From the NCBI GenBank assembly GCA_030604855.1, contig JAUVVC010000008.1, positions 1 through 32,000 on the forward strand: a stretch of DNA of 32,000 bases, in the 5' to 3' direction. Of the stretch, positions 26,740 through 32,000 are shown piece after piece (the stretch's first letter is position 1; every line of letters starts with the position of its first letter). The position numbers and the translations under genes were made by a program. The stretch is from Erysipelotrichaceae bacterium (GTDB lineage Bacteria; Bacillota_I; Bacilli_A; Erysipelotrichales; Erysipelotrichaceae). Below the pieces are notes generated by a model. The model had not been told where the DNA came from and searched no databases. It saw nothing but the letters and a program-made list of their open reading frames with translations.

Positions 26740-27615
26740 ATGGACATCAAACGAATTGTCATCTATTCATTTTTGTTTGTATTGATAACGGCTTTGGCGA
26801 GCCAAGGTTTTACACAACTAGGGCTTGTGATTCCGCTAATTCTAACCTTTGTATATTTCACTGCTATCTTTATTTATGCCCAAATTATTAAAAACAACTC
26901 GATCGTCGATATTGGTTGGGGCATGGGCTTCGTGATTGGTAGTTGGGTCACCTTATTGACAACTGAAACCCCAACATTACTTTCCTATCTTGTGGTCGCT
27001 TTCATTACAGTATGGGGCGTTCGTTTATCCGTTCGTTTATTCAAACGTAATTGGGGCAAGCCGGAAGATTTCCGTTATGCGCAATGGCGTGAAGAATGGG
27101 GGAAGAATGTCGTTATCACAGCCTTCTTTAGAGTCTTCATGATTCAAGCTTTGATCAACTTCATCGTTGGGTCCGCTGCCTATTCCACCATTCGCTACAA
27201 CACATTCAGTGGAGGAATTGACAGTATCTTTGTCTATGGGGGCTTGTTAATTGCTTTGATTGGTTTATATTTTGAAGTCGTTGGCGATGAACAACTTCGT
27301 AAGAATATCGAAGAAAACAAACGCAAAGGAACAAAGACTTTGATTCAAACTGGCTTATGGTCCATTACGCGTCATCCAAATTATTTTGGTGAAATCTTGA
27401 TTTGGGTGGGTCTCTACTTGGTTGGATTTACCTTGTTAATCACACAAGCTGTTCATCCTCTGTATTATGGGCTATTGATCATCTCACCTTTATTGATGAG
27501 CATCGTATTGATCAAAATTTCAACACCCTTGTTGGAGAAGAATATGGAGAAATATGCAGGTTGGGATGAATATGCAAAACGTGTCCCGATGATCTTTCCT
27601 GGATTTAAGAAATAA
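26740..27615 (+). CDS. DUF1295 / steroid 5-alpha-reductase-like (ICMT-fold) membrane protein
   Basis: Polytopic membrane protein. The C-terminal motif LIQTGLWSITRHPNYFGEILIWVGLY is the DUF1295/ICMT-type signature. SD AAGGGAG is present. Confidence 0.7.
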   Translation: MDIKRIVIYSFLFVLITALASQGFTQLGLVIPLILTFVYFTAIFIYAQIIKNNSIVDIGWGMGFVIGSWVTLLTTETPTLLSYLVVAFITVWGVRLSVRLFKRNWGKPEDFRYAQWREEWGKNVVITAFFRVFMIQALINFIVGSAAYSTIRYNTFSGGIDSIFVYGGLLIALIGLYFEVVGDEQLRKNIEENKRKGTKTLIQTGLWSITRHPNYFGEILIWVGLYLVGFTLLITQAVHPLYYGLLIISPLLMSIVLIKISTPLLEKNMEKYAGWDEYAKRVPMIFPGFKK

Positions 27616-27620
27616 TAGAG

Positions 27621-27662
27621 AAGCTTGGTCGTTATAAGAGGTACTTATAGATCAAGCTTTTA
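27621..27662 (+). terminator. Long stem-loop terminator after the DUF1295 gene
   Basis: AAGCTTGGTC (27621-27630) pairs with GATCAAGCTT (27650-27659, one G-T pair). An inner stem TATAAG/CTTATA is present. The trailing run is weak (TTTAATATT). Confidence 0.5.
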
Positions 27663-27685
27663 ATATTCCTTATTAGAGACAATAT

Positions 27686-27714
27686 TTGATTTAAATGTTT
27701 CTATGGCTTATAAT
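27686..27714 (+). promoter_or_regulatory. Sigma-A-type promoter of the DUF1538/PII-like pair (TTGATT-17-TATAAT)
   Basis: -35 TTGATT (27686-27691), an exactly 17-nt spacer and a consensus -10 TATAAT (27709-27714). It lies about 20 nt upstream of the ATG at 27735, with a GGGGG SD in between. Confidence 0.65.
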
Positions 27715-27734
27715 TAAATAGATAGGGGGTAAAG

Positions 27735-29222
27735 ATGAATCGACTTTACGATAAGTTCAATGAAGTGGTCCGGGTTGTGTTGCCGTTTATCCTCTTCGTG
27801 TTGTTTTTTAATTTTACATTGGTTCCGTTGGGCTCTGAATTATTAGGCGCCTTTTTAATAAGTTCTGGTTTTATTGTGCTGGGTTTAACCTTCTTTTTAT
27901 TAGGTGTTGACCTCGGTATCACGCCCATGGGCAATCAAATTGGTCCATTATTGGGTAAGACAAAAAGGATATGGAGTTTAGTTTTATTTGCGTTCATTAT
28001 TGGTTTCTTTATTTCCTACGCAGAACCAGCTTTACTGGTCATGTCAATTCAAGTGGAAGAATTAAGTTTAGGTTTGCTAAGCGCAAGTGTATTGAATGTG
28101 AGTGTTTCTGTTGGGATCGGCGTGATGGTTGTGGTGGGCTTCATACGTATCTTCTACAATCTACCTTTATATAAGATTCTCTTTGTAAGTTATGGTTTGG
28201 TACTTCTCATTGCCTTGAGTGCTTCACCACAGATGTTGGCGATTGCATTTGATGCCTCAGGTGTTACCACGGGTGTCTTAGCGGTTCCTTTCTTGCTCTC
28301 CTTATCCATGGGAGTAACAAATCGACGTAAAGATAGTAAAGCGTCTGAGAAAGATAGCTTCGGAATGATTGCGATTGCGTCCGTTGGGGCAATTCTCTCG
28401 GTGCTCATTCTAAACATCGTTTTTAAACCTGGTTTCGTTTCCATCCAGAGTTTACCTGAACTTGAAACAGGCAATAATCTGCTTTATCGCTTTTCTGACA
28501 TCTTTTTCCCAGTTGGACAAGAAAGCGTACAGTCTATCCTCCCTTTATTTGTGATTTTTCTGATTATCACATTGTTAAATCGTCTATTTAGGACAAAGCT
28601 CTTCAAACGAATCAGTATTGGATTCATCTATGCTTTATTGGGCTTATTTCTATTCTTGGTGGGGATCAACGCCAGCTTCATTGAAGTCGGACGTCTGCTT
28701 GGCTCAGAATTGATTTTGAAGTTTAGTGCACCTTGGGTGATCTTGATTGGCTTTGCATTAGGGGTGGTGACGATCTTAGCAGAACCCGCCGTTGCCATCT
28801 TAACCCAGCAAATTGAGGAAGTCACATCCGGTTATATCAGTCGGAAAGCTGTCAATGCCTCCTTGGCCATCGGTGTTGGTTTCGCCATTGCTTTATCTGT
28901 CTTACGCATCGTTGTGGTGGATATCCAGTTGTGGCACTATCTTTTGCCAGGTTATCTGTTTGCCTTGGCCCTCAGCTTGTTTGTACCTAAGCTGTTCGTT
29001 GGGATTGCCTTTGATGCAGGGGGCGTAGCGACAGGTCCAATGATTTCAAGCATCGTCATGGCCTTTGTCCATGGGATTGCCAACACACAAAGTGGTGCCG
29101 ATATTCTAATCGATGGTTTTGGCATGGTAGCCTTGGTAGCCTTGATGCCTGTCATCACGATTCAAATACTTGGTCTGATTTTTAAACTTAAAATGCAAAG
29201 GAGTGTTCTCAATGATGCATGA
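27735..29222 (+). CDS. Polytopic membrane protein made of two DUF1538-like halves (uncharacterised putative transporter)
   Basis: 495 aa with 12 or more hydrophobic segments. Clear internal duplication: GVDLGITPMG / GINASFIEVG, AEPALLVM / AEPAVAIL, IAFDASGVTTG / IAFDAGGVATG. Confidence 0.7.
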   Translation: MNRLYDKFNEVVRVVLPFILFVLFFNFTLVPLGSELLGAFLISSGFIVLGLTFFLLGVDLGITPMGNQIGPLLGKTKRIWSLVLFAFIIGFFISYAEPALLVMSIQVEELSLGLLSASVLNVSVSVGIGVMVVVGFIRIFYNLPLYKILFVSYGLVLLIALSASPQMLAIAFDASGVTTGVLAVPFLLSLSMGVTNRRKDSKASEKDSFGMIAIASVGAILSVLILNIVFKPGFVSIQSLPELETGNNLLYRFSDIFFPVGQESVQSILPLFVIFLIITLLNRLFRTKLFKRISIGFIYALLGLFLFLVGINASFIEVGRLLGSELILKFSAPWVILIGFALGVVTILAEPAVAILTQQIEEVTSGYISRKAVNASLAIGVGFAIALSVLRIVVVDIQLWHYLLPGYLFALALSLFVPKLFVGIAFDAGGVATGPMISSIVMAFVHGIANTQSGADILIDGFGMVALVALMPVITIQILGLIFKLKMQRSVLNDA

Positions 29223-29895
29223 AAATTGCTTTTATCTCACTGTGTTCATAATCGACCGTGAAAAGGGAAGTACGGTTTTAAAACACGCTAAACAGAATGG
29301 AGCTTTGGGCGGATCCATCCTTTTGGGCAGAGGTACCGTAAACAGTTCGTTGCTTCATCTTTTAGAACTTGCAGACAATCGTAAAGCTGTTGTGTGGATA
29401 TTGGCTGGCGCACAATCCGCAGTCAACATCGTGACCAAGACAGCCGAAAAGTTTCAGTTTGCGAAAGCCAATAAGGGCATCGCCTTCAGTGTTCCCATTA
29501 GTAATCTCTTTGGGACAACAAGCAGTATCGGGGTGGGAACACATTGCCACATTCAAGAGGAGGATCTCATGACAACGCATCAAACCATCATTGCCATCAT
29601 CGAAAAAGGTCAAGCAGAACGTGTTGTGGAAGCGGCACGTCAAGCAGGCGCTTATGGGGCAACCATCATCAATGCGCGTGGATCTGGCATTCACGAAGAG
29701 TATAAACTTTTCGCGATCGAAATCGAGCCTGAGAAAGAAATCGTATTGATGGTCGTAAAGAGCGAACAAGTTGATAAGATATGTAAACAGATCATAAAAG
29801 AAACTCAGATCAACGAACCTGGTAAAGGCGTTCTATTCACTCAACCAATCAATCATGTCTTTGGTTTGGATGAAGGGACTGTGAAAGCTAAATAG
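29212..29895 (+). CDS. Tandem PII (GlnB)-like signal-transduction protein (two PII-like domains in one chain)
   Basis: Two ferredoxin-like halves: YLTVFIIDREKGSTVLKHAKQNGALGGSILLGRGT... and TIIAIIEKGQAERVVEAARQAGAYGATIINARGSG.... The ATG at 29212 is preferred (SD AAAGGAG 29197-29203). It overlaps the upstream stop (29220-29222) by 11 nt. Confidence 0.7.
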   Translation: MMHENCFYLTVFIIDREKGSTVLKHAKQNGALGGSILLGRGTVNSSLLHLLELADNRKAVVWILAGAQSAVNIVTKTAEKFQFAKANKGIAFSVPISNLFGTTSSIGVGTHCHIQEEDLMTTHQTIIAIIEKGQAERVVEAARQAGAYGATIINARGSGIHEEYKLFAIEIEPEKEIVLMVVKSEQVDKICKQIIKETQINEPGKGVLFTQPINHVFGLDEGTVKAK

Positions 29896-30104
29896 TTCAT
29901 TATTTAGGAATGTATTATTTTGGGATTTAAATCAAGCTGTGTTGTGTGAAATCTGTGTTCACAAACTGTTCACGAGACCTTCATCCAGAAGTGTTGAATT
30001 CTAAGGAGAACGTGCTATGATGAAGATACCCTTTAGGATGGTTGCAAGTCTTGAATAAAATAATGCGATATCGATGAGAGGCAACCTATAAATCCTGAAG
30101 AGCG

Positions 30105-30134
30105 GGGCATCTTAGTGAAATAAGATGCCCTTTC
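30105..30134 (+). terminator. Strong Rho-independent terminator in the PII-to-30190 intergenic region
   Basis: Perfect 10-bp stem, GGGCATCTTA (30105-30114) pairing with TAAGATGCCC (30121-30130). The loop is 6 nt, followed by TTTC. Confidence 0.7.
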
Positions 30135-30159
30135 ATATGCTTAGCCTGTTAATTATATT

Positions 30160-30168
30160 TGTTATAAT
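30160..30168 (+). promoter_or_regulatory. Extended -10 promoter element (TGTTATAAT) for the 30190 gene
   Basis: TGnTATAAT matched exactly, 21 nt upstream of the TTG start. SD AAAGGAG lies between them. Confidence 0.5.
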
Positions 30169-30189
30169 GAAATCAAAAAGGAGACCAGC

Positions 30190-30654
30190 TTGGAAACACC
30201 AGAAATCAGCTTAGACCAACACAAACAATTTGCCATCGAACTTTTTAACAACACTTGGGATATGCTCGAGAAAAACGATCGCAGTGATTACGATGATGTC
30301 CGCATGATCCATATGGCGCACACTTCACTCTATCATTGGAGCTATGTGGGTGAAGCTGTGAATATGACCAGAGGTGAATGGCTGGTTTCAAGAGTCTATT
30401 GCAGCGTAAGTCTATTGGAAAGTGCTGAATACCATGCCCAAAAGTCGTTATCCATTTGTTTGAACAATGCCATCGGGGATATTGATTTGGCGTTTGCGTA
30501 TGAAGCCTTTACACGTATTTCTGCTCTAAGAAAGAATGAAGAAGACTATCATAAATACAAAGCTTTGGCCGAAGCGGCTTCAAAGCAGATCGAATCAATC
30601 CATAATCGTGATTACTTTATGAGTGAACTGGAAAAAATAGAACTTAAAAAATGA
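30190..30654 (+). CDS. Hypothetical cytoplasmic all-helical protein, 154 aa
   Basis: The TTG start is supported by a strong SD (AAAAGGAGA) 6-7 nt upstream. No motif recognised. Confidence 0.55.
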   Translation: METPEISLDQHKQFAIELFNNTWDMLEKNDRSDYDDVRMIHMAHTSLYHWSYVGEAVNMTRGEWLVSRVYCSVSLLESAEYHAQKSLSICLNNAIGDIDLAFAYEAFTRISALRKNEEDYHKYKALAEAASKQIESIHNRDYFMSELEKIELKK

Positions 30655-30688
30655 CCTCATTAGAGATCATTATCAATACAGTACGATT

Positions 30689-30730
30689 AAAGCCATCTTT
30701 AACCATAGTTATGGTTGTGAAGATGGCTTT
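30689..30730. terminator. Bidirectional terminator between the 30190 gene (+) and the PRD regulator (-)
   Basis: AAAGCCATCTT pairs with AAGATGGCTTT. An inner AACCATA/TATGGTT stem is present. T-runs are available on both strands. Confidence 0.65.
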
Positions 30731-32000
30731 TTAATTACGATCGATGATTTTGATAAAGTCATCATAATCATTGGCTTGGATTGCGGCATTGATGTCATTC
30801 GCACTGGTTAAGAACTGAGCGCTCTTCGCAAAGAAAACATCGAGATTATCGTGTTCATGATCACCATAAGCCAACATGAAGACCAATTGAACCATGCGTT
30901 CCTTCCATTGAATGGGTTTCTTCAGGATGGCGACGGAAACGATGGTGTTGGAGCTGAAAGCTTTATCCGGATGAGGGATGGCGATCAAGTTGCCGAATTC
31001 CGTTGAGGCAACTTCTTCACGTCTTAAAATGGATTCATAGAAGCCTTCTTCGAAGTTTCGAAGTTCACTGATTTTCTGAGCCATAAAGAAAATGATTTCT
31101 TCTTTACTGCTGACCAACACATCTTTGTAAAATAATTTGCGATCGAAGTATTCCGCAATCGAACTTTCATTCTGATTGAAACGATGACGCAATGCTTGAA
31201 GATCCTGAGCACTCAACAATGTGGATACATAGATGATCGGAGTGATGGTTTTGACGCTTAACGGTACTGTGGAGACAATCAAATCGAAATCCCTGAGATC
31301 CAGGTTTCTGATGGACAGTGCATCTTTTGTGATCACTTCTTCAAGGAAGGGATTGAATTCTTGTTTGAAACGATACTCGAGCAATTTGGCAGTTCCATGT
31401 CCGGTTGAACACACTAAGAGTACGCGTTTTCGATTAACTGCTACTTTATGTCTTTCCAAGGCAAGATAGAAATGGAGTGCGATATACGCGATTTCATCTT
31501 CGGTCAATGTTGTGTTATAGCGTATGTTTATGACTTCAGACGCAACCATGGCGGTCTCAAATGCCTGCTTATGTGCTTTGATGTCTGCCAACAAAGGATT
31601 CTTCATCATCAACTTATAGCGGATACGCTTGACCATGGGTTCTGAATGCAAACCGAGTGCGACACGAAGTTCCAGGTCCTTGGTCAAATCGACATCCAAA
31701 ACCAAACGGACACGCTCGATCATGGCCACGACCAACTCATCAACTTCGGAACTCACGACATGAGGTTCCAGTTCAGACTGACCATAGACCCGCTTGCCGG
31801 ATAGATGCATCGATACATAGCCTTTTTCATCCTCAGGAAATCTATAACCGAATTGACGTTCCAACTCCGAGATGATTTCATGGGCGATCTGGTATTCCAC
31901 AGAATCTTTGAGACTTTCCAAATGGGATGTGTCCATCACAATCGATTCACCGATTTTGACACGTTCCAAGGCCACAAACAAGTGAATGACCAAGTTGTGG
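30731..32000 (-). CDS. PRD-domain transcriptional regulator with C-terminal PTS EIIB-like and EIIA-like domains (BglG/LicR/MtlR class), N-terminus outside the window
   Basis: PRD-type helices (YVSMHLSGKR, IALHFYLALERHK). EIIB-like RVLLVCSTGHGTAKLLEYRF with the phosphorylatable Cys. EIIA-like FGNLIAIPHPDKA with the His. The frame remains open to the window edge beyond the TTG at 31993. Confidence 0.8.
   Translation of the reverse strand, partial: HNLVIHLFVALERVKIGESIVMDTSHLESLKDSVEYQIAHEIISELERQFGYRFPEDEKGYVSMHLSGKRVYGQSELEPHVVSSEVDELVVAMIERVRLVLDVDLTKDLELRVALGLHSEPMVKRIRYKLMMKNPLLADIKAHKQAFETAMVASEVINIRYNTTLTEDEIAYIALHFYLALERHKVAVNRKRVLLVCSTGHGTAKLLEYRFKQEFNPFLEEVITKDALSIRNLDLRDFDLIVSTVPLSVKTITPIIYVSTLLSAQDLQALRHRFNQNESSIAEYFDRKLFYKDVLVSSKEEIIFFMAQKISELRNFEEGFYESILRREEVASTEFGNLIAIPHPDKAFSSNTIVSVAILKKPIQWKERMVQLVFMLAYGDHEHDNLDVFFAKSAQFLTSANDINAAIQANDYDDFIKIIDRN

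Overview
All calls come from reading the sequence and ORF translations. No database search was run, so family names are motif-level recollections.

The window looks like a low-GC Gram-positive (Firmicutes-type) chromosomal segment. Supporting signs are AAGGAGG-type Shine-Dalgarno sites, a lipobox lipoprotein, CcpA-type cre boxes and a PRD/PTS regulator.

Layout:
1. 1-4100: a small accessory islet. It holds the 3' end of an IS3-like transposase gene, a thioredoxin-fold/DsbD-like membrane fusion, an XRE-type membrane-anchored regulator, and a RhuM-Fic/Doc gene broken by one in-frame TGA. Each of the three genes is followed by a copy of the same 69-nt repeat, which ends in a terminator hairpin.
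2. 4167-9484: housekeeping and metabolic genes. These are tyrosine phenol-lyase (with a perfect cre box over its promoter), an FsaA-like aldolase, PPK2, a DUF2089-like HTH plus small membrane protein pair, and a Cof-type HAD hydrolase.
3. 9759-22481: an AraC-headed sugar-import operon. It encodes a solute-binding protein (SBP), two permeases and no ATPase. Its enzymes are three paralogous about 400-aa Gfo/Idh/MocA oxidoreductases sharing a four-cysteine insertion, a GNAT-like protein, a 642-aa double alpha/beta-hydrolase and a 640-aa protein I cannot place. I recognise no classical glycoside hydrolase, kinase or isomerase. This is my best candidate for an undescribed catabolic system.
4. 22539-27615: an AhpD/CMD-like protein, a decayed DUF1905::ZIP-transporter chimera, proBA, a flavin-reductase-like protein and a DUF1295 membrane protein.
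5. 27735-29895: a translationally coupled pair, a duplicated DUF1538 membrane protein and a tandem PII-like protein, with its own strong promoter. Function is unknown. This is the second candidate system.
6. 29896-32000: an orphan intergenic unit, a 154-aa hypothetical protein and the 3' portion of a PRD/EIIB/EIIA regulator.

I recognised no rRNA, tRNA or CRISPR array.
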